A stretch of 64,000 bases of DNA from a candidate division FCPU426 bacterium (GTDB lineage: Bacteria > Oederibacteriota > Muellerivitia > Muellerivitales > DAHXKG01): the NCBI GenBank assembly GCA_027366525.1, contig DAHXKG010000003.1, forward strand, positions 164,997 to 228,996, given 5' to 3'. This document shows positions 46,901-55,800 of this stretch, in pieces; position 1 is the stretch's first letter; each line of letters begins with the position of its first letter. The notes beneath the pieces are model-generated. The model saw only the letters and a program-made list of their open reading frames with translations, searched no databases and was not told where the DNA came from. The translations under genes were made by a program, and so were the position numbers.

Positions 46901-47545
46901 GACTTCCTCGTCCCGGCTGAGTTTATCCAATCGGGCAATAACTAGATTGTTTTCAAGAAACCAATTTCCCGTTCGGGATGATTCCAATTTGTCATTGGTT
47001 AAGATGTCAAAGGGAAGATGAAATCTGCGAAATAATTCATCCTGCCAGTTTTCGGCAAGACTTCCTGGGCATACAACCAAACACCGTTGAAGATCGCCAC
47101 GGGCAATCAATTCTTTAATAAATAAACCCGCCATGATGGTTTTACCGGCTCCAGGGTCGTCAGCCAGAAGAAACCGCAAGGGTTGTCTTGGGAGCATCTT
47201 TTCATAAACGGCGGTTATCTGATGTGGAAGTGGTTCAACTTCGGAAGTGTGTACGGCTAGAACAGGGTCGAATAAATGGGCTAAACGGATACGATGGGCT
47301 TCGGAAACTAAACGGAAAAGCCCACCATCACCATCAAAACTCCAGGGGCGTCCCTTCTCTGCTATTTCAATGCGGGATTCATCCTGCCGATAGACGAGTT
47401 GGTTCCCAATTTTTCCTGAAGGGTCTTTATAAGTAAGCTCAACTGCATCAGTGCCATACCACTGGATGTTAACTACGGTAATAAGACAATTGGGCAATAT
47501 GCCACTAACGGATGTGTTTGGTAGTAAATCTTCTAATTTTGCCAT
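43988..47545 (-). CDS. SNF2/superfamily-2 helicase with C-terminal DUF3883 nuclease-like domain
   Basis: LADDPGAGKT (motif I), ICDEAHKM (motif II), MTATPHNG and QRFGRIHRIGQ (motif VI). C-terminal RFIEVKGR...VTVTRNE is typical of DUF3883. Confidence 0.9.
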   Translation of the reverse strand: MAKLEDLLPNTSVSGILPNCLITVVNIQWYGTDAVELTYKDPSGKIGNQLVYRQDESRIEIAEKGRPWSFDGDGGLFRLVSEAHRIRLAHLFDPVLAVHTSEVEPLPHQITAVYEKMLPRQPLRFLLADDPGAGKTIMAGLFIKELIARGDLQRCLVVCPGSLAENWQDELFRRFHLPFDILTNDKLESSRTGNWFLENNLVIARLDKLSRDEEVQAKLLVPEARWDLIICDEAHKMSATFFGGEVKYTKRYRLGQELSRITRHFLLMTATPHNGKEEDFQLFMALLDGDRFEGKFRDGVHTSDVSDLMRRMVKENLLKFDAKPLFPQRIARTISYKLSDIEARLYAEVTNYVREEFNRVEKLQNDKRSGTVGFALTILQRRLASSPEAIYQSLKRRRERLESKLRELELIQRGSVPPTDINKDTPVLDDEDLEDIDDAPSDEIEEKESEIVDQATAAHSIFELKVEIETLTRLENLSLTVKRSGEDKKWIELSQLLHEIFASKMSDSPDPYGSGSIPPPKPSPHQKLIIFTEHRDTLNYLHQKTTSLLGRQEAVVLIHGGMGREERTKSQEAFRHDPLVQVLLATDAAGEGINLQRAHLMVNYDLPWNPNRIEQRFGRIHRIGQTEVCHLWNLVADGTREGEVYLTLLSKLEEARNALGGQVFDVLGKLVFDGKPLRELLIEAIRYGENPEVKAYLNKVVANAFNKEELQTLIEEQALAQDVMDVSRVYKIREQMERAEARRLQPHYIESFFLEAFQQLGGNSKQKEPRRYELSFVPAPVRNRDRLLGIGEAVVPRYERITFEKCLIAPQGQIPAAFICPGHPLLDSTLDLIIERHRDLLKRGAVLVDDLDSNDQPRILFYLEHAIQDASITRSGDRRVVSKKMLYVEIDAAGNARHLNYAPYLDYRPLKSEEPKIEVFLNRPECTWITKELEPKAQTYAISKIVPDHFEEIRSQKIALIQKTEAAVKERLTKEINYWDHRAEDLKLQEQAGKANARLNSNEARKRADNLQARLQKRLEDLKLETQLSPLPPVVLGGLLVIPAGLIAKMSNTQATTTTTDTQASAAKAREIIMEIERKLGFDPKDRETEKLGYDIESRIPGTGKLRFIEVKGRITGADTVTVTRNEILYSMNKPEDFILAIVEFMDDNHKVHYIRNPFKREPDFGVTSVNYNFSELLEKAEEPS

Positions 47546-47560
47546 GTTAAAACCTTACTA

Positions 47561-48142
47561 TTAGTTAATTAAATAAAAAGCTCTTCGATATTTTGTGACA
47601 TCCAAAACAGTTTCATTGTTTAATTCGGCAAAGTTTCTTTTTTTCCATAAATACCAATGATCATCATGTTTAGAGTGGGCTATGTACATTTTTGCTTTGG
47701 GACCCTTCTTTGAATTGGTGTGGATAGCGGAAAGTATTAAAGATTTAAAAACGGTGATCGGGAAAATGAAAATATTGTCTTTGTAACCTGTTATTGGATC
47801 GGCCATAACATAAGCTAAAAAAAGATGAGGATTGGAATGTTTAAAATCATCTAAGTTGAAAAAACGCCATGATGTGTAATCGAAATTTTTTCTTTCCCAT
47901 GCGAGGGCACAATTAAAAAGTCGTCCGTATTTTATCTGGACTTCAAAATATCGAATTTCACTTTCAGTCTTCTTTCGTAATATCAAATCCACTTTATCCA
48001 CATCCAAATACCGAGAGTAGGGATTGAATCCATTTTCAAAAAACTCGAATTTTGCGATTGTCTCTCCAAGAATTTCGTAATGTCCTGCCTTGGAATACTC
48101 ATTTTTAGAGCGATTTTTTAATTGGGGTAGTTGGATATCCAT
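47561..48142 (-). CDS. hypothetical protein with PD-(D/E)xK-like core
   Basis: 193 aa, AT-rich. LDVDKVDLIL ... YFEVQIKYG gives D...ExK spacing. 15 nt upstream of the helicase gene on the same strand. Confidence 0.4.
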   Translation of the reverse strand: MDIQLPQLKNRSKNEYSKAGHYEILGETIAKFEFFENGFNPYSRYLDVDKVDLILRKKTESEIRYFEVQIKYGRLFNCALAWERKNFDYTSWRFFNLDDFKHSNPHLFLAYVMADPITGYKDNIFIFPITVFKSLILSAIHTNSKKGPKAKMYIAHSKHDDHWYLWKKRNFAELNNETVLDVTKYRRAFYLIN

Positions 48143-48507
48143 TAAACAATTTTAACCCTTCCCCCCTATTTGGTAAATTGGAAACCGCACGTTCAATTTG
48201 CCCCCAACGATTTATTTTTATGCCTAAAGCCACGTCAGATAAAGTAGATTTAGGGATACGAGTTATCTTGGAAGCATAGTCTAAAAAATAACACAACCTT
48301 GAAAACAGGCCTTTTATCCCACGAAAATAGGGAACCCGCCGACACCTTTGTCGGTATGCTGACATGACCAAAGGTGGTTTGCTGATGGAATGGGTATAAA
48401 AAAGTGATTGTAGAAACAATTCCTTCAACAATTTGATTAATTTATCTTCACCTAAAGAGTTTGATATTTTCCAAATAACAGAGAACGATATTTTATAACA
48501 AATTTAT

Positions 48508-48834
48508 TTACTGGATAACTAATCTTAAACCAAGTGCCTGAATGATTTCTTGAAACCGCTTAATTTTCCAGGCCTCTTCCGAGTCCTTCAAGATTAATTG
48601 AAGCCGCCATTCACTTAAATGGGCTTTTTTAGCAATTCGTTTCATTCCCCCATTGGCTCGAATGACATCTTGAAACATGAGCTGCATTTCTTCCGGATCT
48701 TCTTTCTTTAAAGCTTGTGTTAAATATTTTCCCTTTTCATTCAGCCCCTTAAGTTTCTTCAAGTCTTTTGAGTTCAATTTTCTTCCTCCTAAGTTTTTAT
48801 TCTTTATAATCTTTTGAAAAACTCTTTGATTCAT
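48508..48834 (-). CDS. putative addiction-module antidote protein (TIGR02684/HigA-like), apparently orphan
   Basis: C-terminal VIRANGGMKRIAKKAHLS ... IIQALGLRLVI resembles the TIGR02684 consensus. No toxin ORF upstream. Confidence 0.45.
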   Translation of the reverse strand: MNQRVFQKIIKNKNLGGRKLNSKDLKKLKGLNEKGKYLTQALKKEDPEEMQLMFQDVIRANGGMKRIAKKAHLSEWRLQLILKDSEEAWKIKRFQEIIQALGLRLVIQ

Positions 48835-48970
48835 CTCATGTTCGAATGTGGTAGGTTATTCGAAAAAGAAACCACAAATAAACAAACGAGTGAAAAAACG
48901 ATTAATTTCTACAAATTCTCAATGTTCGAAATTGACTATCGGCAACTATTAAATCAAAAAATATATGAAG

Positions 48971-49049
48971 TTGCCAATTGACAACTATTAATTATATCTT
49001 TTGAAATTGCCGAAAGGCAACCATTTTATTAGGGTTGCCATCATATAAT
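48971..49049 (+). promoter_or_regulatory. two 14-bp TTGCC-N4-GGCAA-type palindromes plus a TATAAT box upstream of the XRE gene
   Basis: TTGCCAATTGACAA (48971-48984), TTGCCGAAAGGCAA (49007-49020) and TATAAT (49044-49049), 6 nt before the ATG at 49056. A direct repeat CAACTATTAA occurs at 48943-48952 and 48982-48991. Confidence 0.4.
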
Positions 49050-49055
49050 TCAGGC

Positions 49056-49262
49056 ATGTCACAATATGCTAAAAAAGCTGTCAAAAACTTACGAAAGATG
49101 ATCGTAGATAGTGGACTAACGATTGAACAAGTTGCTGTTGGTTCAGGAATCGACAAGGGGACCATATCCCGTTATCTCTCGGGTAAACGGGAACCTAAGG
49201 TTTCATATCTAGAAAAGATTGCCGAATATTTGAAACAAGACTTTACGAATTTTTTTAGATAA
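49056..49262 (+). CDS. XRE-family HTH regulator
   Basis: LTIEQVAVGSGIDKGTISRYLSGKREP is a classical HTH_3. ATG at 49056 chosen; the track ORF begins at a TTG at 49035. Confidence 0.75.
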   Translation: MSQYAKKAVKNLRKMIVDSGLTIEQVAVGSGIDKGTISRYLSGKREPKVSYLEKIAEYLKQDFTNFFR

Positions 49263-49425
49263 TTATTGATTTCCTTTTTCTCGAAAGAATAGAACGCTAA
49301 TAAAAGGCATAAACCGCGATGAAGAGATTCACCTTGGTAATATGCATGCCCAAAAAGGTTAAATATTTTTTTAAATCTTTCTTCATTTGCTTTCTCTAAG
49401 TATTTATTTGCCCTATCTGAAAGGC

Positions 49426-49764
49426 TCATCTTTTGATTCCTTTTTCCTCGTAGGTTTGAACAAGGAAAACTGCTAAAGTCCCAGCTAAATTAACTGCCAA
49501 TGAAGAATGTCGTTGTGAAGGAGGTGTTGTTGCAATGCCTCTTCCGTGAGCATCACCATATTTATTTCGGAAAGCCGCAAGGCCATCAACGGTTGTTTGG
49601 CATCCACCTAGAATTTGTTTAATTATCGGGTCATTATGTTGGTCAGGGGCAAGATTCAATTTGAGAGTTGCTTGCTTAAAAAGTTTTGGTAAATCCCAAT
49701 CCTCTTCATAAGCCACAGAAGCTTTTTCAAGAATGAATTTATATACGGTTTCTAGCAATGACAC
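49426..49764 (-). CDS. Abi_C (abortive infection C-terminal) domain protein
   Basis: ILGGCQTTVDGLAAFRNKYGDAHGRG ... RHSSLAVNLAGTLAVFL matches the Abi_C signature (RN..GDAHG). Confidence 0.75.
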   Translation of the reverse strand: MSLLETVYKFILEKASVAYEEDWDLPKLFKQATLKLNLAPDQHNDPIIKQILGGCQTTVDGLAAFRNKYGDAHGRGIATTPPSQRHSSLAVNLAGTLAVFLVQTYEEKGIKR

Positions 49765-50698
49765 TTACGATCTCTAGGATTTCATTATCTGAGTTTTCTA
49801 ACGGGCCCCCATTTTCATCCGCCAAGAAAATATGTTTAACACCACTTTGGGAAACAACTCTTGCTTTAATTTTCTTTACCTCCAAATCATATGGCAAACT
49901 TATCGCCAAACATTTAATTTCACCGGATGCTTTCTGCATTTGATCTGCTTTGGTTCTCAAACTCTCGCTTACATGATGGATTAATTCTCTATTTTTTTGT
50001 CTACGAACAGTACACTCCAAATGACCGAAAAATTCATTTTCAAAATAAATTTCAAAGTCAGTGGTTTTTACTCCTTCTTTTTCTAAAACAAATTTTAAGA
50101 TTATGTTTTGGTTTTTCAAATCAAGGGCGACAGAAAATTCAAAACAAACATCCTCAGGATTCAAGGAAGGAGTTAATGCCTTTTTCACTTTGCTTCGAAA
50201 CAAAGATTCATCGTTTTGATCTTTAAGCCAATAAATATAAGAACCCAACTTCCTATAAAAATTAAAAATTATTGACCAAAATATTTCACGAGAATCATTA
50301 AATTTCTTCAACTCCCGAGAATCACGAATTATCGTAAAAAAAGCGGCCCTTTCAGAAACAACCAAATCTTGCCCTGCTTTAGAAAATCCCGCCTGAACAA
50401 TTCCCGCGTCTTCTGGTGAAACAGGGATAATTTCATTTAACTTCGACATGTATTTTTCTCTAATGTTTTCTAGGAGCTTCGAGATTTCCTCTGATGATAA
50501 ATTTTCACTCGATGAATCAAAATGAATTAATGTTCCTTCTAATAAATCGGAATGGATTTCAAATTCTTCCGAATATTTGGAATTTTTTCCTAAATAATTG
50601 TAAAGAAAAACAATTGAAGAAAACAAATAATCAACTGGATTGCTTTCAGCATTTCGATAGTCTTTTAAAATTTCTTTATCAACAATAACTTCGAGCAT
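49739..50698 (-). CDS. hypothetical protein upstream of the Abi_C ORF, possibly its detached N-terminal region
   Basis: 319 aa, AT-rich. Overlaps the Abi_C ORF by 26 nt in another frame. No family recognised. Confidence 0.45.
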   Translation of the reverse strand: MLEVIVDKEILKDYRNAESNPVDYLFSSIVFLYNYLGKNSKYSEEFEIHSDLLEGTLIHFDSSSENLSSEEISKLLENIREKYMSKLNEIIPVSPEDAGIVQAGFSKAGQDLVVSERAAFFTIIRDSRELKKFNDSREIFWSIIFNFYRKLGSYIYWLKDQNDESLFRSKVKKALTPSLNPEDVCFEFSVALDLKNQNIILKFVLEKEGVKTTDFEIYFENEFFGHLECTVRRQKNRELIHHVSESLRTKADQMQKASGEIKCLAISLPYDLEVKKIKARVVSQSGVKHIFLADENGGPLENSDNEILEIVSVIARNRI

Positions 50699-50783
50699 TT
50701 AAATTATTCCTAATCTAAAGGCAAACCATAGGCTACCTGAATCAAGTTGTTCTGATAGCCGTTGCGAAGCATTAGTTCGTAAT

Positions 50784-51209
50784 TCAATTTCGCACTCCAA
50801 CTATATAAATGCCAAATTTAACCAGTAAGTGCAACACAGTACCAAAAGACTTCCACCAAAGTTTTAAAGCCAAGACATTTTCTGGGTCTATTATTAAGTC
50901 GTCTTTCGATGGACTTAAATTCCGCCAAGACACTTTAGCAAGGTCGGTCTTTTTTGGCAAATACCGACGAACGAGGTCGATTGAATTTTCAACAGCTCCC
51001 TTCTTCCAACTGTGAAACGGGGCACAAAAATATGATTTCGTCCCAAAAGCCCGATTTGTTCTCAAGTGATAGGCATTCTCGGTGCCGTTGTCATAGGTCA
51101 AACTCATACGAGCTTGGGAAGGAAGGCTCGCTAAAGCATCCTTGAGGCGGCGATTCATATGGGAAGCCCGCACTATAAAAAACGTACACGTGTATACTTT
51201 TAGGATCAA
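50784..51209 (-). pseudogene. IS30-family transposase C-terminal remnant
   Basis: LTYDNGTENAYH ... YFCAPFHSWKKGAVENSIDLVRRYLPKKTDL matches the IS30 DDE C-terminal region (DNG.E ... SWQRG..EN.N). The N-terminal half is missing. Confidence 0.7.
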
Positions 51210-51344
51210 AAAGCATTATTTTAAGGGGGAAAACAGTCTTTTCGGATGATTGGAGGATGGCCCATTTCTGAAATCGTTATTTAAACGATTCGCCCCTTTG
51301 GGGACCCTTGGACACACCTGTTTTAAAATCCGCCCCAAATTGGG

Positions 51345-52205
51345 TTAGGAAGTTAAATAAATAATCGCGTTACCCAATTTTGCTTCCTGGGCGATTTCCA
51401 ACCAAAGTTTGTCATGTGTTAAAAATTTACAATTTGGTCCTAAGTAAATAAGTAATTCGCGATCGATTAGATCATTATGCTTTGGCGTTCTCATAAATGA
51501 ACTGAGTAAATAACCCGCATACATTCTTAAATAATAATTCAGTCTTTCAAAAGCCAGGTTGAATTGATAACCGGACGGTTCCATTTCCAAATTCATTGCT
51601 CCATATTCACTTAATGCAATTCTGAATCTGCTATTTAGGAAAATATCCAAATATTCTTTGCTGAACACATTTTCTTTCAATTGATTTAGACGCGCATCAT
51701 TCGGTTGTAACATCCTTCCGCTTTTACGTGCCGTTAAATAACCAGGTAATAATTTTTTTTTCAGTTCTTCCATATTAGCTATTGCAAATTGGCATGCAGA
51801 ATTTTTTTCTTCGCTAAGACTTTTAACCATACTTTCTGCGTCACCAAATTGTTCGTAGGCAAAAAAAACCATTAAGGGTTTGACGCGATCTTCAACCTTA
51901 ATTCTGGGCTCATAATTTGGTATTTCCCATGCTTCTGTAAGATGTTCATATGGAGAAGGTAGTATTTCATCAACATCGGCAAATGTTCTTATAACCGCTT
52001 GATGAAATTCAAAGTTTTGGGGATTAGAGGAGGCAATAATTTCTATTGCAGAAAGTGGACTCGCCAAAAGCTTGCCGTATTTTTGCTTAAGATACGAACT
52101 GAAATATTTGTTTTGAGCGAGGCTATAGAAAACATTCGTATCAAGTACAGTTCCCACACAATCAGTAAACATTTTTGCCTTTCTATTGGATCTTAATGAG
52201 CTCAA
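51345..52205 (-). CDS. PIN-like domain protein with a large internal insertion
   Basis: N-terminal VLDTNVF, SPLSAIEI, and C-terminal NDLIDRELL ... FLTHDKLW resemble the four PIN acidic positions. About 170 aa lie between them. Confidence 0.45.
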   Translation of the reverse strand: MSSLRSNRKAKMFTDCVGTVLDTNVFYSLAQNKYFSSYLKQKYGKLLASPLSAIEIIASSNPQNFEFHQAVIRTFADVDEILPSPYEHLTEAWEIPNYEPRIKVEDRVKPLMVFFAYEQFGDAESMVKSLSEEKNSACQFAIANMEELKKKLLPGYLTARKSGRMLQPNDARLNQLKENVFSKEYLDIFLNSRFRIALSEYGAMNLEMEPSGYQFNLAFERLNYYLRMYAGYLLSSFMRTPKHNDLIDRELLIYLGPNCKFLTHDKLWLEIAQEAKLGNAIIYLTS

Positions 52206-52217
52206 GGCACAGTCGTC

Positions 52218-52487
52218 CTACTTGCTCTTCATGGCCGCCTTAAGCAATAGAAAAAGTGCCGCCGCCACTCCTGCCCCAATCAAAATTCCAGCTAGAGTTT
52301 TTTGAACTTCCTTGTCTTGTGCCGACTTCTCAAAATTTTCCATAAGCATTATTTGATGAGTGTTCGGTTGATATTCTCCACTTTCCCATCGAACTACTGT
52401 TATTGGGTGTGCGCCAAAGAGCTTTCCAAATTGGGCTTGTGTAAGACCCAATTTCTTACGAAGTTCTAAGATTTGTTCTCTGGTCAC
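52218..52487 (-). CDS. XRE-family HTH protein with C-terminal TM helix
   Basis: GTG start after a GAGAGGAA RBS. LGLTQAQFGKLFGAHPITVVRWESG is the HTH. The C-terminus ILIGAGVAAALFLLL is hydrophobic. Confidence 0.7.
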   Translation of the reverse strand: MTREQILELRKKLGLTQAQFGKLFGAHPITVVRWESGEYQPNTHQIMLMENFEKSAQDKEVQKTLAGILIGAGVAAALFLLLKAAMKSK

Positions 52488-52498
52488 TGATTCCTCTC

Positions 52499-52528
52499 TT
52501 GACAGCTAGTAGATACTAGTATAGTATC
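52499..52528 (+). promoter_or_regulatory. promoter with embedded palindromic operator in a divergent intergenic region
   Basis: TTGACA (52499-52504), 17-nt spacer, TAGTAT (52522-52527). Perfect inverted repeat GATACTA-gta-TAGTATC at 52512-52528. Confidence 0.45.
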
Positions 52529-52592
52529 CACTAAATTGCTAGTACCTCTTTATATTCACCGTTGGTTGAGCCAACGGGGAAAGGAGAAAACC

Positions 52593-52811
52593 ATGGACCA
52601 TATATGCCCGAAATGCGGGAAGATCGTGAAATATCTCCCTTATGGCAAAATAGCCGCCGCTGGTGTAACAAGTCTTGTCGGTGCAAAAGCGGCTAAAAGT
52701 TTTGAGGGTGTTGTTTTAACGGCGTTGGTAACTTTTGGTATCGGTGCGTTGGTAGATCAAGTTAATAAGACTTGCCCGACCTGTGGGGTTTTGTTTCAAG
52801 CCGTAGCTTAA
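52593..52811 (+). CDS. small zinc-ribbon membrane protein
   Basis: 72 aa from the ATG at 52593 (AGGAG RBS). CPKC ... CPTC flank two hydrophobic segments. Confidence 0.45.
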   Translation: MDHICPKCGKIVKYLPYGKIAAAGVTSLVGAKAAKSFEGVVLTALVTFGIGALVDQVNKTCPTCGVLFQAVA

Positions 52812-52834
52812 CAACTCCAACCAACCAAATAAAA

Positions 52835-52860
52835 AGCCCTTGCAAACAAAGCCAAGGGCT
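52835..52860. terminator. bidirectional rho-independent terminator between convergent genes
   Basis: Hairpin agcccttg / caagggct flanked by an A-run and a T-run. Confidence 0.6.
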
Positions 52861-52886
52861 TTTTATTTTTACCATCTACATATGGA

Positions 52887-55800
52887 TTAAACGTTGTCCA
52901 TTCTCCTTTTATGCTTATCAACAATCCTTTTCGCCTCTGAATCATACTCATCTGCCAAATCTCTTAAAATACTGGCCAAACACGGGAATCCAGCATTTTC
53001 AACATCATTAGCTTTCTTCCTATAATTTTCAGCAAGGTCATTATCTGCCTTACCATTTGTGTCAACAAAATGAGCTCCACGAGCATTAAATAATGCTGTT
53101 CTGAATCCCAATCTCATTTCATCGTAATTCTGGTCGTCGAGAACAGATGCGACTTCTTTATGTATCCATAACCCACTTGGGTCTTGTGGACTATGTATCA
53201 GTGCGTGGCCAATTCTTATTAAAGCGACTTCTAAATGACCAGACTCCGTACATGATTTAACAACTGAGTCAATCCACATTTTAAAGTTCTCTGCTACAAA
53301 AGAACCATCCGGTTTCATGCCAGGGATAATTCGCCACCTTTCGAGCAAAGTGAATGCGTTATTCGCAAGAGCTTTTTCACTTTCCGAATATTCTTTTTTT
53401 ATTCTTGGTTGTTTTTTTGAAAAAAACATGAATCGGATCAACTTACAAAACAAATTCGGATCCTCGCTGAGTCGTTGTTCCACAGTGATGGGTTTTACCC
53501 TACTCGAAAGACTATCCAGCATTTCTAGATATGCCCATTCAACTTTAAATAAATCAGTCTTATCTGTACTTGGATCATCTTGGAGAGCTTTAATAACTTC
53601 TTCGACTTCGTAACTTGTTATAGAACTGACTGGTTCTTTTGATGAGACGCCAGCCAGTAGGGTTTTTACAGCCCGTGATTTATCCAAAGGTTGACCATCA
53701 TGTATTGTTTTGTTAATACAATATATCGCGGCCAAAGGTCTTCCAGCTTCCAACAACCCATCAATTGCCGTTGTAAAATCGCCACTTGCCTGAAAAATAT
53801 TTGCGGGAGCATTCTTCCAGTAATCAATCTCTTTATCCCCTAGTAATTTCCTAACCCTTTTCCAAGTTTCGGGCATGAAAAACAAATAGATCAGAAATTT
53901 TAATTTCTGGGTATTGGTCCAACTCTCTTCAACGATTTTATCTACCCATGTCCATTTTTGTATCCAGTATCTCCCCTTGACGTAACCATCAACGAATTGA
54001 CCTATGCTTTTTGAATCAGCGTCCAGGAATTTTGGAATAACAGCCAAATCCGTTGAATCATTACCAGCCATACCAAAAGAAAGTCCGATGTTGTACGGAG
54101 ATTCAACCATTTCAACGAATCGAATAATGGATTCGATTCCACCTTGTCCCCAAATCTCCAATAGAGCCTTTTGCCTTTTTTCTTGTAATTCTTTTTCCTG
54201 CTCTTTATAACTTTTCTTTTCATCGAAGTAATCAAAATTCTTAGTATCAAACAACCTTTGATTTTTCTCCAAAAGGTCCGTTGGTTCTAATGACTTCGCG
54301 ATTGATTCAAGATTAGTAACTACATCTGCTGGTAATGCCCATTTAGCATCGTTGAATCGTTTGTGACGTGCGATAAATGTCATAAGTTGTTTCCACAGTA
54401 TTGATTTTTCATCTTCTGTTTTGCCATTTATTTCATCTGATTGTAAAAGTTTCAAAAATTCGTCAAACGCTGGTCTAGTGAGATGATCCAAAAACGAAAT
54501 CAATTCAACCAGTCTTTCAAACCTTTCTTTCGCCATTTCAACTGTCAAATTGGCACAGAAGTTTGAAAGTTTCCAATATTCCGCATTAGGAACCTTTACT
54601 GGTTGATCTCCTTCAAAACCATCTTTCCATTTAGGTTTATATGAATAGCTCGATGCCGTAGTTTGATTAGGAAGAAGACTTATCAAGAGTTTCCAAGCAA
54701 CATCTGGTACTTCTTTCCTCAATGTTTGAAGTGCAATTTTTCTTTTTTCAATCGGTGCTTTTGTTTGCGGCAACCAAGGTAGAAATATTGTTGTGAGAGA
54801 CCTTGAAGGACGATTAGCCCAATTTCCACCAGGATCTTTCGATGCCAGGGTTCCAAGAATAATGGTTACAGGAACCAAGTAACGTTCATCCCAAGCAAGA
54901 GTTTCTAAGGCCCAGAGCAATCCAGTGATATATGTTCTGCCAGAAAATCCGCTCCGTTCTTGTGCAAGCAATTCATCAAATGGGCTTGGCGATTGTTTTA
55001 AGGCGATTTCTACTACACTTAAGAACTCATCCGGAGAGGACTCCGCAAGCAATGGAAGTAAATCGTTGAGGCTTCCCCATATACTCCATTCAACACCTGC
55101 CAGAGTTTTTTTAACCACATGCCGCGCAATAACCTTTGGTTTTTCATTTGTGAAATTGGTTAGTGCTTCCGGCCGACTGCCTAATAAGGACAATCCTTCA
55201 GCAATACCTTTTCGAATATTCCTGGATTGCGTTAATACTTTCTTTTTGGAACCGGCCATAAATCTTTCCTCCGGTTTCAAGTCAAATTGAAGGTCCCTTT
55301 CTTTCAAAACTTTAACTGCTACTTTGCCTAAAGCTTCCAAGTGTTCATCAAATATCCAAGAGCCTAACGATAACCACAAATTCAATCGATCTGAAACAAC
55401 CCATATTCCATTTTTAAAGGAAAGGGGGCTCCCATCTTTTTGAAAGAGTATTCTTAGTTTGGCAATCCAATCGTCATAACCATCCTTCCATAACAGGCTA
55501 ATAACTTCTTTGTCTGAATCTGAATTTTCATTCCAAGAGCCAACAAGATTTGCAATTGCCAACGCTTGAGCATTTTGGTCTCTACTCCAATCAATTTTTC
55601 CTGGTAGTAGAGGAGGTTCTATCAGTTCGGGTGGAACTGTTTCTGTAGGTTTTTTTCGAAACAAGTTCTTAATTTCATCGGACAAAGAATCAATAGTTAT
55701 TACACCGGCGTTCTGATTTGCATCAGAAATCTCTTTTACTAACAGCGCCCAAAGGCTTTGAGCATTTTCTTGCGATATTTGTCCAATATGCGAAAGAATC

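Noticed and set aside
48105-48431. 108-aa minus-strand ORF upstream of the Hma-like operon with a vaguely HTH-like stretch (ITRIPKSTLSDVALGIKINRWGQIERA)
   Set aside because: It overlaps the start of the 193-aa gene by 38 nt, the N-terminus looks non-protein-like, and no clear RBS is present. It might be a small regulator but the support is too weak.
54370-54400. Possible Walker A (GKT) in the 1213-aa protein at EINGKTEDE
   Set aside because: There is no GxxxxGK[ST] context and no preceding beta-strand-like hydrophobic run. No Walker B candidate is present.
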